From positions 252,003-316,002 of the forward strand of contig ADNK01000140.1 in the NCBI GenBank assembly GCA_000320545.1: DNA of 64,000 bases, given 5' to 3'. This DNA comes from Bigelowiella natans CCMP2755. Lineage: Eukaryota > Protista > Cercozoa. The notes beneath the pieces were generated by a model. That model saw only the letters and a list, made by a program, of their open reading frames with translations. It was not told the DNA's origin and ran no database searches. Shown here piece by piece: positions 25,164-38,735 of this stretch (positions within the stretch are counted from its first letter, which is position 1; every line of letters starts with the position of its first letter). A program made the position numbers and the translations under genes.

Positions 25164-27754
25164 TTAGGGCATTAGAAGTTTCTGCAAAGCCGTGTCTTCA
25201 ACTAGGTCACTGAGAAGATCCTCGAGTTGGCTGGAAGCTCTTTGCGGGGGTTGTTGCTGTTGTGCACCGGTCGCTTGTGCACGCATGTCGGGCGCTCGTC
25301 CTGGGAAATGGTCATTGACGCGTTGGGTTGGAGGAAATCTGTTATGTCCAGTAGAGTGTGTACGCATGTTTGCTGGCCGTTGAAGAAATTTGTTATGGCG
25401 ATTGTGGGGTGGTTTTGGTGGGGGGGCATACCGCATAGGTGGTTGTTGTCCATGTATATGTGGCGGTCGTCCACCATGAAAGTTGTGATGTGTACGCTGC
25501 GAGCCAGGAAACCTCCCACGAATCGGGGGTCGTTTTGGGGCCATGCTCGATGGAGTATTCGGTATGCGTCTGCTACCACGGAAATTTTGAGATGCGAGTT
25601 GCGAAGATGAGGGAGCAAACGGGGAATGCTGTTGTTGGGCTACACCTGGCGTGTTCGGTGGCCGCCGCCTCCTCACATTGTTGTTATTATTATGAGCAGC
25701 ATTTTCAGGAAGGACGCTGCGCCCACTACCAAACCCATCAACTTTGGTATTTTCACCACCTACAATTTTGATCAGAATTTTTGACCGCTTTCTCTTCCTT
25801 CTTCCCCCCGCATCAATTTTCTGCGAGGATGAAAATCGATTACTGGGTGGTGGTGTTGCTGCTGTGATAGCTGTTTCAGAATGAAGGTTGGCAGTACTAG
25901 AGGAGGTTGCAGTGCCAGCAGTACTTAAGGTAGTAGTATCAGTAATACTAGCGTTGGTACCACCAATTCCACCTGCTGCTGATGAACTTAGGGGGTTAGT
26001 AGGATCAACCTTGCGTTGAAATAAAGGAGGAGGAGGAAGAGGAGGAGGGCCTGATGAATATCGCTTTGTGAATAACCCGTCGTCGCTTTCGTTATGGTTG
26101 GTAGCACTAGCACCTCTAACCCTCGAGGTAGCATCAGCACTGCTGCGTGCATATCGACTCGTGAGGTCGTCATCGCTACCATTGTCTTTGGCAGCAGCAG
26201 AGGTAACAGCTACTTCTGTATCACTACGACGCGCATATCGACTCGATAAGGCGTCATCATCGCTACCGTCGTCGTTGGCAGCCTTGGCATCAGTACCTCT
26301 TTTAGTACCAGAACTGCGGCGTGCATATCGGCTTGTTAGGTCGTCATCATCGCTACCATCGTCTTTGGAGGCAGCAGCTGCAGCACCAGCTCTAGAAGTA
26401 GCATCAACACTGCGGCGTGTATATCGGCTTGTTAGATCATCATCACTATCAGTTTTGTTGGAAGTAGTAGCAGTGGCAGTAGCACCACTGCGGCCTGCAT
26501 ATCGATCCATAAGGGCACCATCGCTACCGTCGTTGTCATCATCATCATCACCACCATCGTCGTCTTTAGCAGCACTTTCTCCCACGCTGGCACTGCTGCC
26601 ATTGGCAGCATACCGACTCGCGAGGGCGTCATCGCTGTCATCGTCGATTGTGCTAGCTTTTGCACCAGGATTACCTGTACTGCGGCTTGTATATCGGCTC
26701 GTGAAGACGTCATCGCTACTATCATCATTGGCAGCATTAGCATCAGGACCTTTTCTTTTAGTAGCAGCACCACTGCGTGCATATCGACTCGTGAGGTCGT
26801 CATCGCTACCATTGTCTTTGGCAGCAGCAGAGGTAACAGCTACTTCTGTATCACTACGACGCGCATATCGACTCGATAAGGCGTCATCATCGCTACCGTC
26901 GTCGTTGGCAGCCTTGGCATCAGTACCTCTTTTAGCACCAGAACTGCTGCGTGCATATCGGCTTGTTAGGTCGTCATCATCGCTACCATCGTCTTTGGAG
27001 GCAGCAGCTGCAGCACCAGCTCTAGAAGTAGCATCAACACTGCGGCGTGTATATCGGCTTGTTAGATCATCATCGCCTCCATTGTCGTTGGCAGCACCAG
27101 CTTCTGTACCACGACTAGCATTAGCACTGTGGCCTGAATATCGACTTGTGAGATCGTCATCGGTATCATTGTTGTTTGCGGCCGGTGCTCCTCCTCTAGT
27201 AGCATCAACTCTATTGTTGCGAGGACGCTTAAAGCTGCCATCCTCATCGTTTGCAGTTTTGCGGTCAGAATAGCGACGACTAATGACGGCGTCGTCGTCG
27301 ATATCGCCACTGTTTGCATTGACAGCATGATCATCAACAGCAGCTCCTACCACATTGGCAGCAGCCCCAGTACTACTACTACTACCACCGGTACCACGAC
27401 GACTTGGGAGAAGATATCGGTTAAACAACTCATCATCGTCACTGCCGTCGCCGACGATATCCCCCCCCATAGTTCCTCCTTTCTTCCATCTCCTCGACTG
27501 ATTAGCTTGGTTGTCTTCGTAGTTGCTTCTTCCGTTGGTCATAGTCGTTTTCTGGGCGAGATTCCTTCCTCCTCCTCCTCCTCCTCCTCCTCCTCCTCCT
27601 CCTCCTCTAACGAGGTCCCACTGAGCATCAGAGTGGGGTCTGCTGCTGCGGTTGGTGGTGCTACCCCTTTGATGGGATTGGTTGAGACCAGGCAAGTTAT
27701 TATTTTGCTGGTGGTTTTGATGGCGGTAGGAGGAAGGAGGATGGGGAGGGTAGC

Positions 27755-27790
<36 letters not shown>

Positions 27791-28343
27791 ATTGATGACG
27801 ATGATTATCTTGCCGCAGGTGACGATCCTGACGGCGGTATTGTTCATTATTCCATTGGTCTTGGCCCTGCTTGTGATAATTCTGACGTTGTTGATGATGC
27901 TGATATCGACGGTCTTGCTGCTGCTGGATTTCATGTGAAAATGGGCACGAGTCCCCGTACTTACAGATCCCATTTCTGAAGAAAACACACCTCACCGTCT
28001 GCTTGATGCTTGGTTCCACCGACAATGACGATGGCGCTGGCAACGACGACGACGAGGAGGAGGGGATGGGTATATCGCTGCTTCGCCTACGGATAAGCTC
28101 CCGCAGCTTTCTTCTCTTCATCCTCTTCTTCATCTTCTTACGTCTTTTTCTAGTGTCCCTATCTGCCTCCCAATCTGCCAGCCCCTTCTGCCAAGCAGCA
28201 GCAGAAGTAGAAGCCTCCTCAACTCCTTCCTTAGTCTTCATCACTAGCATATTGTCCTCTTGCATCATGATTTTCCGTCTCTATACAAATAAATATCAAT
28301 ATAAATAATTATATATAATTATATATAATTATATAATTATATA

Positions 28344-28377
<34 letters not shown>

Positions 28378-28688
28378 GTGAGATATATATATCTATATAT
28401 ATATATATATATATATCTGTGATATGTGTTGAACAATGCTATATTGATATATCTAGAAATGAGTACGAGACCGGCACACGGCGCCTTTTTTTCTTTTTCT
28501 TCTTGATCTTCTTCTTCATCATCAGTATCTCCATCTCTGCACTTTCAGCAGTTGCCGTCATACTTGTCGTAGTCGCCTCCTTATTCATCTTCTTCTTTTC
28601 CCTTCTATCACCACCACCATCACCCTCCCTCTCCTCACCCTCCGTATCGTCATCATCATCCACAATGGCGGTTGCGGCAGCAGCAGCG

Positions 28689-28720
<32 letters not shown>

Positions 28721-29574
28721 TCGTCCCTCCCTCTTCTTGCTTCTTCCGGCTGCTGCTGCACTTAACCACTGCTCCTCCTCCTCATCATCAAAGAAGTCCT
28801 TATTTCTTTGCTTGTTCATCATCTGGTTTTGCCGGGGGGGCTTCTCCTCTCGACCCGTTACGTTCGTCGTCGTCGTTGCGCTCATACGGTTGAATTCTTT
28901 CCATATATGGCAGCTTAATTTGTGGTTTTTGATTGAGGGATAAGATCTTCTATGATAAATCTGCCCACAACCGCATATCCACCTATTTGCAGGGGAGGAC
29001 ACTATTCTCGTATTGTTTCTGGGTCGTCGTCGTCGTCGTCGATTTCCCTGTGATGCTGCAAGTGGAACTGGGTTGCTGCTACTGCTACGCTGACCTTCCT
29101 TCCACATATGGCAGCTTAATTTGTGGTTTTTGATTGAGGGATATGATCTTCTATGATATGTCTTCCCACAACCGCATATCCACCTATTCTCCTTGGGAGG
29201 AAAAACCTTTGATCCACTTGTTATTAGTCTGTCCTTCGATACTACTGATCTCCTTGCCCTTGAGGAGGAGGGTGACGAAGATGATGAGCTACTACCTCTA
29301 TAAATGGAGTCGTCGTCTCCTGTCTCGTCGCTGCTCTCCTCCCCCATCTCTTCTGGATGTTTCATTTATCAAATTATCAGAGAAGAGGATGGACGAGATA
29401 TAACATACTCCGAAAATGACCTACAGTTTCTCACCACAGTAGTAGTAGTGTGTGCGTCCCCCCCCCCTCTCTTCTTCTTTTTAATATTGTTCTTCGTCTC
29501 GTTATCATGTCTATAACACCCTTATTCTTCAACTTTCTAATCTTTCTTCTCGCACTGTATGAATCTGTCGTTTA

Positions 29575-29610
<36 letters not shown>

Positions 29611-30995
29611 CACTATTACGTATGAATGCTGTTTCGTCATAATATTCGGAGTGACTGCTCTCGCCGGAGGATGATGAATCCTAGGTGCGAACAAAGGATC
29701 ATACCCAACAAATACAAACAACAAATAACAACACAAGTATTTCTCTCTGAGCCTTCACAACATACATGTATAAGATTCAAATGCTGATGCTTTGTGTACC
29801 GTGATGTATTGGCTTTCTCCAGAGCTCTCCTCCTCTTCGCTACTCTCTTCATATTCCAAAAAACTTCTGGTGTCCTGTAACAACGCAGCATGAAATTCAA
29901 TTTGCTGTAAAATCATTGGTTCGAAACCCGGTGAGTGCCATTCTCGAAATCAATAAAATGAATCAATGGCTCTCTAGTTGGCTCTGTGACGGGCATGCAT
30001 ATTCTCGGATATCTCACCAGTACCTCTGCTCCTTCGTGCGAATTTTGCACGGTAGCTCTACATACTTGCTCCACCTGTTGTTCAAACATAATTAATCATT
30101 GACACCATACCTATAGAACTAAGACTGAAAATGGTATCATTATTACAAATGTGTAAAAAATGTTCGCACATCTCTCCTCGGCTATCATGGACACTTAATC
30201 AGACAATCTTACCATTCACACATAATACACTACGTAAGAGTATGATCTCGCATAACAGTTACCTCAGACGGGACATCAATGCGCGATGTGAATGATGGAG
30301 ACTCAAAGGCCGTGATCTGATGATATTATTGGAGCTTATTGTACATGGATAAGTCTGTACGGTGCGAGGATGAGAGGATAAGAGGAAAGTTATTAATCAC
30401 ATCAAATTGGCTAATCTGCTCAGTCTCTGCCTTCTTCCAGTCAAGAAATGTTAGCATATCACAATCACTACACCTGCAACGACAAAGAGACGTCATTAAG
30501 ACTACGGTGGTGTCAGGTCAAATAGTGAAACCTACAATGTTCTTTCACTTTTTGGTGCAGAAAGAGGGTACTGTCTCTTCGGAAGGCAGCTTAGATGAAA
30601 AAGCTCCGAGCATATCTCACAAGACAAGAGAGGGCCCGTCTGTGACCTCATTTGCCTACACACCTGTGGATCAAAGTATGTATTTTTAATACACCTGGAG
30701 AAAGGAGGAGGGGGGGTGGACTTACATAGCAGCTTCGAACAAATACGATATTGGTTGGCTCTGGACTGTCCAACGAGTCTAGCTCCTCGATTTTCAGGCT
30801 GGTCCGGAACTCGGAAGAATACCCATGCTGCTTCTGCGAGGAGGGAGGGAGAAAACAACAGCCTCTTTACAAAAACCTTTCTTGCCGTTCAGTTTCTCTT
30901 TTCCCCCTTTTCTCTCCATCTTCTCTTTTATCCCTCTCCCAAAATTGTGTGACCTTTGAAGCCTTGCTGTTGCGGCCTCTGCCTTTGGGCGGCAT
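25164..30995 (-). CDS. Large nuclear protein: PHD finger + acidic tract + 2x CxC-H-C zinc knuckle + CCCH finger + DDDLTSRY repeats + P/Q/R-rich tail
   Basis: The terminal exon includes ORF 25164-28268 (CVFFRNGICKYGDSCPFSH = CCCH). The preceding exon is ORF 28439-29365. Upstream small exons give MPPKGRGR..CYVC..LLSCEICSELFHLSCL..CSDC (PHD). GT-AG sites join all parts in frame by manual reading; the individual parts are better supported than the fusion. Confidence 0.7.
26060..27420 (-). repeat. Coding tandem repeat, about 15 units of ~30 aa ending DDD(L/A)x(T/S)SRY, including a ~300 bp near-exact duplication (26143-26443 vs 26773-27073)
   Basis: Seen in the translation and in the DNA (gtgaggtcgtcatcgctaccattgtctttg at 26161 and 26791, offset 630). 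Confidence 0.9.
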
Positions 30996-31229
30996 GGGGT
31001 TCCTGTTCACCACCTCGGAATCAGCTACTCATGATGGACGACGTTTGCCTGCTACCCGTCGAGATTTTTGACGAGGATTTTAGGGTATTTAGGGGGAATT
31101 AGTCATGTCGCAGGCAGAAAATGGGATACCATGAAGGCCATTCACGAACTGCTTTCTTGTTCCACCGGGATCAAAAGGCGTTTGCCCAACCTCGTGTGTT
31201 GGAGTCCCCGTGGGCCGACCTGTGTGATG

Positions 31230-32095
31230 TGCGCACTCGATGCGCTCCCCTTGTCGACCTCATTGAGGTGCATCTAGCTTGTTAGCAGTGCTTGCAGCAC
31301 ACCTTGTTGGAATGTCGAATGAACACGAACCTTGAACGTTGAGTCTTGTTCCGTGATCCGATCCCAAACCTGTCAATTTCGCATTGTGTCGACGAGGCAG
31401 TCGTGACTGTCGTGACCAACAAGTGTCACGTGCTCCACAAGCGTGCTGAATGAATGAACAGTGTGATTCTAACGTCGCAGCTAGAAGAAGAAGTGAATGA
31501 ACGAATGAACGAATGAATGAAGAGACCCAGAGATCTGGAGCGATTGCTAGGTTGCCCAAACGATGGGGCGCCGCGTCTCGACCAAATCGATCAATGATCG
31601 ATTCGGAGTTCATCTAGCTTGATTCACCGTTTTCACTTTGAAAAAAGGGGAAATCACTTCGTGCGCACTGTTGACAAGCTCATTGCAGAGTGATCTGATC
31701 AATGATGCCGCCGGCCTGCGCGCGCGCCATGCCACGCTAGCACGACAGCCAGATCGCATTGTTGCATGGAGTTGTTGCATTCTAGCATTGCTGCATGCGT
31801 CAACTCCAGAACTGCGGTGCACGCACTACATCCATCATCATGTCTAATCATGTGTGCCACGTGTCTAGATGTCTATAGGTAGGTACGTGCCATAGCGTGT
31901 GCACTCACAACGTGCTGTGTGTGTGCACGCATGCGCGCGCTGCTGCCACGATCTAGCGATGCCTCACAGCACTAGAGCAGGAGTACGTTCCGATTGTCAT
32001 TGTGTTTGCTGCAAGTATAACACAGCGGTGCGCTAGCTCACATGAGAGCTAAAGTGCAAATCTTGACATCTGTCGGAATGGGTTCACATGTGAAC
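31230..32095. other. CTAG/TGCA/CATG-rich 3'-end spacer S7
   Basis: gcatctagcttgttagc, gcattctagcattgctgcatgc and gaatgaacgaatgaacgaatgaat; lies downstream of the minus-strand gene ending at 32563. Confidence 0.7.
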
Positions 32096-32109
32096 ACTCA
32101 CACACACAC

Positions 32110-32149
<40 letters not shown>

Positions 32150-32238
32150 ACAGAAAGTGAGATGGGAATGTGTGTGTGTGTGTGTGTAATGATTAGTACT
32201 TCGTAAATAATGAGACATGCACTCACGTAAGGGAGAGA

Positions 32239-32282
<44 letters not shown>

Positions 32283-32562
32283 TAGAGAGAGGGAGAAAAT
32301 CAGGTGAAAAGAGTAGACATGCGAGACTACAGAGAAATATTATTTTTCTATCTTGAAAGAATTTGCACTTCAATCTCCTGCCTATAGAAATTTCATTCTC
32401 CATTGTGAATCTCACGTGAAATTTTGAAACAAGTTCAGTTAACTGTGTAACATGTTGAAAACATTTTCATGTTGAAGTATTTAAATTTTACAATCTTGAA
32501 CACTGACATCTGTAATCCACTTCATTAAAAAGCTGTGGACTCGATGGGATTCTGAAGCTATG

Positions 32563-33902
32563 TCATGAAGGGTCTTCTTTATTACTACATTTCACTGCAT
32601 CCTGTGTGCACGCTGTATTCTTTGTACAGGTGCTGGTACTAGTAGTGGTGACAATTTCGTTCGTGCTTCTATGGATGTTGCCAAATGGGAATGGCTCAAA
32701 TGGTCTTGTACTTGTTTGGGAAAGATAAAACCCGTTTGTCCGAGTTAAGTTTGGACGGAATTGCGGAAGGGTTGGCGGGAACACCTCTTCATCATCAGAC
32801 TGTTCGCTAGTCACTATCGTATTTGACTTATGCTGGGAACTATTATTACTCGTAGACGTCTCATCTTTAATGTTACTTCCCTCCAGTGCCTCCGTTGCGG
32901 AACGTTTCATCCCTCTCACGGGGCTATTCTGGGGGGGGATGGTCTGTGAATGAACCTTCTTTGTCGTGGATGGCGTCTTTCGAACTATGAAGGGTCCAAG
33001 GTTGACTGATCTTTCACGTTGCGACGAGAAAGATGTGTTGTCGCACCCTTGCCTTATCATGCAATCTATCTCGGGCGGCTCCGGTGAAAGCAGGAGCGAC
33101 GAAACGGTATGTGCATTCATAGCTTCTTGCTGCGCAGACCGCACGAAAAACAGACCGTGCGACACAATTTTTAACATTATTTTAAGGGAAAAAGGGAGTT
33201 TTGCACAGCGGAATCGAAGGAAATACGGAACCCTAAGGGCTTTCTCAGCATGCGACAACGATCGGTGGTGAGAAAAAGGAGAAGAAACCATTTCTGTGGT
33301 ATACAGCCAGGCTTAGATCGATCGACGGTGACAATTCCCATCCTTAAAGCCGAAAGGGAAGAAGCCCGTGCTCGACTGGAATCGCAAAGATGGGGGGACT
33401 CGTCAGCCGGTCCCCAATCCAAGGTGGGTAGTCGTCATTGAGGGCTGGCATGGGATGGGAACGACCGATATAGAAGGAGTTTTCTTTCACCGTCAGATGA
33501 GAAATTGTTCCTAATTGGACTTGCATGTACCTTCAGAATTCGAAAATGTGATGGACGAATTCGACGAGGTGGGTGATCATTCGTCAATGGCTGTCCTGCT
33601 GCCCCATAAAACATGACGCCTCTCTTCAACGATAAACGGCCACAAGATTCACGTTTTTTGGTGCAAATGGTCAGATTCTGGATCGCTGCAACCCAGAGAC
33701 GGTGGCCTACACACGGTGCATAAATAGCCACAAGGTACACCGCCTTTTTCCTCGAATCGGGAATTTCAAGGGAAAACTCCATTTGCTTTGCAGAAGAACT
33801 GTTCGGGGTGACTGGTTTGTTTTCAGGTTGGTGATGTTGCTGGAATCTTCCAGCCTGGAATACGCCCGGGGAAACTACCGAGCGACATAGCTGACGGTAC
33901 AT
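32563..33902 (-). CDS. Hypothetical S/T/P-rich protein (probably two or more exons)
   Basis: Long ORFs 33435-33911 and 32563-33291 on the same strand with a donor after ...HFRILK (aag|gtacat). No family recognised. Confidence 0.45.
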
Positions 33903-34549
33903 GTGGCTCACAAGCGGTACTCATTATTTCAAGGCTTCTTTGATATCTCAGCACTGTTTTAGTTACCAACTTTCCACAGGGAGATCTTGCTGGATGTTTC
34001 GCTCGTAGAGAATCGAGGTATTAGATAAAATCAGCTCGATAACAAAACAAAAATGCCAGGAAGAAATTGCGCACACGAAAACATTGAGGCTTTGACACTT
34101 CTCCCCTTCCCTCTTTACTTTTAGGTATTCCCTGGTTCGTAAGCACTGTGGCAACCTTAACCAAGCATATGAAGTGTGCATGATGGAAAACGCCAGGGTG
34201 AGTTGTCTCATCCACCCCTCCCCGTATTCCCACACATAGTGTATGATGAGATGTGTGACATTTTTATTCTTTCAATAGCAATCACAGAATTGCTTGCCAC
34301 AAGTGAAGACGCTGCTCCAATGCACCAAAAACGCAATTCGCAAGCATTTGCCGAGTCTCGAGAGGACTCAAGGGTAGGAGCAACTCATCAGCACATGCTC
34401 ATAAAATAAGCAATTATGTCGTTGGAGAAGCTTTTAATGTAGCTTTTGCCTAGTCCTAGTGTACCCCATTGTATTAGCATCCCAGGTCCGCCACAGGTAT
34501 TCCTGTCAGCACACATTCTTGATGATTATCTTGGTGTGGGCAATCGACC

Positions 34550-34860
34550 CATCATAGCATGCAATACGAATTTACTTTCTGCAAGCATAGTCACATGTAT
34601 CATGTGAATGCGTACCACGCGCAGCAATATCGCTGTGGCGCTATACTTACGCAATGTACATGTGACCGATTTTTGAACTAAAATAATAAATAGTGATGAG
34701 ACAGCGGTCGCTGATTTATTACGGATGAGGCCCTAGTGTACCTAGCTTCGTAGCGTATAATTACATCAGCTTGTCACTGACTATTGCTTTATTCGGACAG
34801 CATGCCCCTGCGTTGTCGTATGCATTGTAGCAGTAAAAGCCTAGGCACTAAAATTGCGCT

Positions 34861-34894
<34 letters not shown>

Positions 34895-35227
34895 TGTTGT
34901 AGAAACGAATATATAACAAGCGCAAGACTAAGCGCCGCAGCCGCTGCTCTATCTGTACGTGTAGCTACATTAGGATGTGACTAAAGAAAAAATGTAATCA
35001 TTTCATTACATCCGTCTTATAGCTACATATTTGCTGTGTATTTGCATATATGCATGTGCATAATGAGCTTGATGACCTCAATTTAAATGTGTTAGTCGTA
35101 AATATGTCTAAATATATACATATATACATATGTGTACATACATACATAAGCGCTATAAGCCGCAGCGTTGCATGGCTACATTAGGATGACAATTGAAAAA
35201 TTTAACATATGCATTACATCTGTCTCA

Positions 35228-35271
<44 letters not shown>

Positions 35272-35323
35272 ATTGAAAAGAGATAATCACTTCATCACAT
35301 TCGTCTCATATATGCATGAATAC

Positions 35324-35361
<38 letters not shown>

Positions 35362-35450
35362 TATATACAAGACGATAGCTTAGCTGACCACTTCTGCATA
35401 TCATGGTTAGAAATGTGCATGCATAGCATGCAGAGTAGCGTGTGTAATTG
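34550..35450. other. CTAG/TGCA/CATG-rich 3'-end spacer S8 with three inverted copies of the S2 repeat and (TA)n/(CA)n tracts
   Basis: gctacattaggatg...aaaa...catt/cacatccgtct at 34961-35021 and 35171-35230, with a partial copy at 35271-35312. Confidence 0.7.
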
Positions 35451-35494
35451 ATCATCTCTGACCCAACACTATTGTACATTGTACAATAATATTT

Positions 35495-36102
35495 TCACTG
35501 TTCTGTCTTCCTCCCCACCCCCCCTCCCTTTTTGTTTGTCGATGATGATGATGCTGCACAAACCGCAGTATCATCACCATCACCATCATCACCTCTATTA
35601 TTGCACGTGGGATTAACGTCGCCGCCCTGAGCGGAAGTACTACTAACGTCGTTGGACGATTGCGACGAATCAAATGATAACTTGCTGGCCTTCGCTCTTT
35701 CTTCCTGCTGCTTTCTATTCTCGGTTGCTTTATTACTCGTCGGTCCAACGCCGCACACACCACTGACACCGTAGCCTGGGAGCAAACAACAAACATTCTG
35801 AGCTGAAAATATTACATCTCGATATCTCCACTGCCTGTTAACACCCATATGCACATTATTACATGAAAACTCTTGGGTATACTCCAGTATGCATTGTTTT
35901 GCCTCGGGGGTCAGCCTAGGGGCCATGCCTGTATCATCCAATTCGTGGAACTATCAGATACGATGCACCGCCTTCGATGAAAGGATGCACAACGAAAACA
36001 TCCTTCATTTTTCACAGCCATACGGCTGAGCATGCTAGTCAAACGTTGATATTTTCGTACAGAAATTGGAATTCTTTGAAACAGTCAGAAGATATCTTGT
36101 CC

Positions 36103-36144
<42 letters not shown>

Positions 36145-37174
36145 ATGATATTTATATTGAACTATACAATTTTAGATAAAATAAATGATTCTTCATTTTT
36201 ACCACGAAGACTTTTAGTTCTTTCGAAATGACTCCTGAGCAATGTAGGTAAAGCACACACGCACACATGCTCAGGCATTGGTACTTCACCGCTTATAATG
36301 TGATCAAGTAGTATTTGACCAGGTATCCCTCCTTCTTCTTGCTCCTTTTCTTCTTTATCATACATTTTTTCTACCTCAGCCCCTCTTCAAAGGTGAGAAT
36401 GTCTTGGCGATCTTTGCCATAGGAGCCATGAAGACCCAGTCCAATGTTCGTCAGCAAATGAACCTAAATCGAAACAAGTCAAAACACGTTACGTGTGTGT
36501 TTCTCTGTGTGCGTGCGTGCGCGCGCGTGTGTGTGTTAATGTGAAGAAACGTAGAGCCAGTGCCAGTGCGTAAGAACAAAAAGGGAGAGGTAAGGAAGGG
36601 GGGGAGAGAGAGGGGGGGGGGTTGGCACAGCTTGTTGGATATCGATTTTTGCAAGATTCTCCAAGCACAACCAGCGTAAAATTGCTCTCGCGCTTTCCCC
36701 CAGTTATCGTTTCCATCAACTCATCATGCCCCTAAAAATTAAAAACACATTCGATACTTACTCCTCAAAGCAGAGAAGGAAGGAGAAGGAGGCCACGGCT
36801 CAAAATAAGAATAGTCTTCATTATTTTGTACGAGGAGTACGACTACTAGGTCGCCTCCTAGTCCCAGCTATTTTGCATGCGGATAAACAATATTAGCAGT
36901 GTGTGTGTGTGTGTGTGTGTGTGTTGTGATTATCTACGCAATGAATGGTTGGCAAACCACACAACTAATTACACAACACATCATCAAACAACACCTTATA
37001 GTGAAGCATCTTAGCGATGCAATCTTTGCCTTAGAATAACAGTATATATTTATGTCACCATAGAGTCAGTCATCAATAGGAGTCGTCAAGAGGGTGCGAC
37101 GACTCACGATCGACGTTTACTACAGCTTGGATGATATGACTGGGCACAATCTCACCAGCAGCTGTTGTGCTACA

Positions 37175-37207
<33 letters not shown>

Positions 37208-37573
37208 GTGTCATTATTATTTAACTGAGAACTCTACTACTTTTGAGAATGCTGCGGTAGCGAAGTTGGAAGTGCTCTGGCATTTCATCCATCGAATTTG
37301 ATGTATATTCGTCCTTGCCTGCACCAACGGACGGAGGAGGAAAAGGGAAAAAAGGTCCCCACAAAGGGGGGGGGGAGGGGGGGCGAATTATCGACTACAT
37401 TTTTGTTCCCAATTACTACGAAAAACAGCGTACGTTCTAAGGTACTGTGGAGGCTGTTTTTGTAAAAACAAATTTCATTCTATTTTGTGATGTATCACTG
37501 AATATCCTGAGATCTATCGTGTAGCGTGGGCGGCTTGATTTAGGCAACGTCGAATCTCCTTGATAAGAAAGGC

Positions 37574-37606
<33 letters not shown>

Positions 37607-38690
37607 GTGATGATGACGAGCTTAAAATGTTATTGTATTTTGTTTGCTGCACTTTTGAATATTGCGTCTGCACTTTAAAAATTAATAGTCAATAGCCCTC
37701 CTCCTCCTCCTCCTCCTCCTCCTTCTCCTTACCGTGTGGCACGTAGTTATTGAAGAATAACGCTTGACTAACCACAAAATGAGCAAGAAAAGAATCGTCA
37801 AGGCAGCATTCATTAAGTGTATTCTCTCTTTCTCCTCCTCCTCCTCCTCCTCCTCCTCCTCCTCCTCCTCCTCCCCTTCCATCGTCTTCTATGTTTTTGT
37901 GTACACATCATCACCCCGACTGCAACTTCCAATACATGCCAGGAACGGGCCACGGTAATGAACAATATTTAACCTCGATGTATCTGAGAGGGGAGGAAGA
38001 AATATCGAAAACAAGGCCAGGAAGAAGATGAAGGAGGAGAGTAGGAAAATGATGAAAAGGGACTCCGTTATGAATGGAGAGTACTGTCTTCCGATAGCGT
38101 CGTATATGAGTGGGTTGATGATGTATTCATTCATGAAGATAGAGGCTTCAACTTATTTCTAGTCCGTACAGCTACAAATGAGAGTAGCATTTATGTAAAA
38201 TGAGCTGATTGATCATCATCTTCATCATCTTCTCGTTGCTCCTCTTCTTATTCTAACGTGGTGAGGATGAGGAAGATACTAAGGAAACACCACCTTGCAA
38301 AGGAAAATTGAGCGGCACTGAGGAAGACACTTTCATCGACTAGAGCAGGATACAGCAGTATATACCGTGCAGCACGTAATGCCCTATCATCAGAGATTTG
38401 CATATAAATTTCACTCACACACACACGCACACACACACACACACAGACATCGCATATCGTGTATCCGACTTCTCTGTTTGTGTGTTGATGTGAAGAGCCC
38501 CTGAAAGACAAAAATATGACCCTCCTCCTCTTTGAAAATAAATCCACGGTGCTGTAGTCGATAATCATCCGTGCTGTCTTAATATGAACACTGCTACCTC
38601 AAGGTCCTCCTCCCATCTTTTTTCTTCTGCTGCCGGAAATAGTGATCCAGACGCTTATCCATGTATGCTTGCGAAGGAACCTGTTGAATA

Positions 38691-38735
<45 letters not shown>

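Noticed and set aside
26068-27273. 401-aa plus-strand ORF
   Set aside because: Antisense shadow of the repetitive minus-strand coding region; GTG start and no independent features.
26060-27420. CRISPR-like repeat/spacer appearance
   Set aside because: In-frame degenerate coding repeats within a eukaryotic exon; no cas genes.
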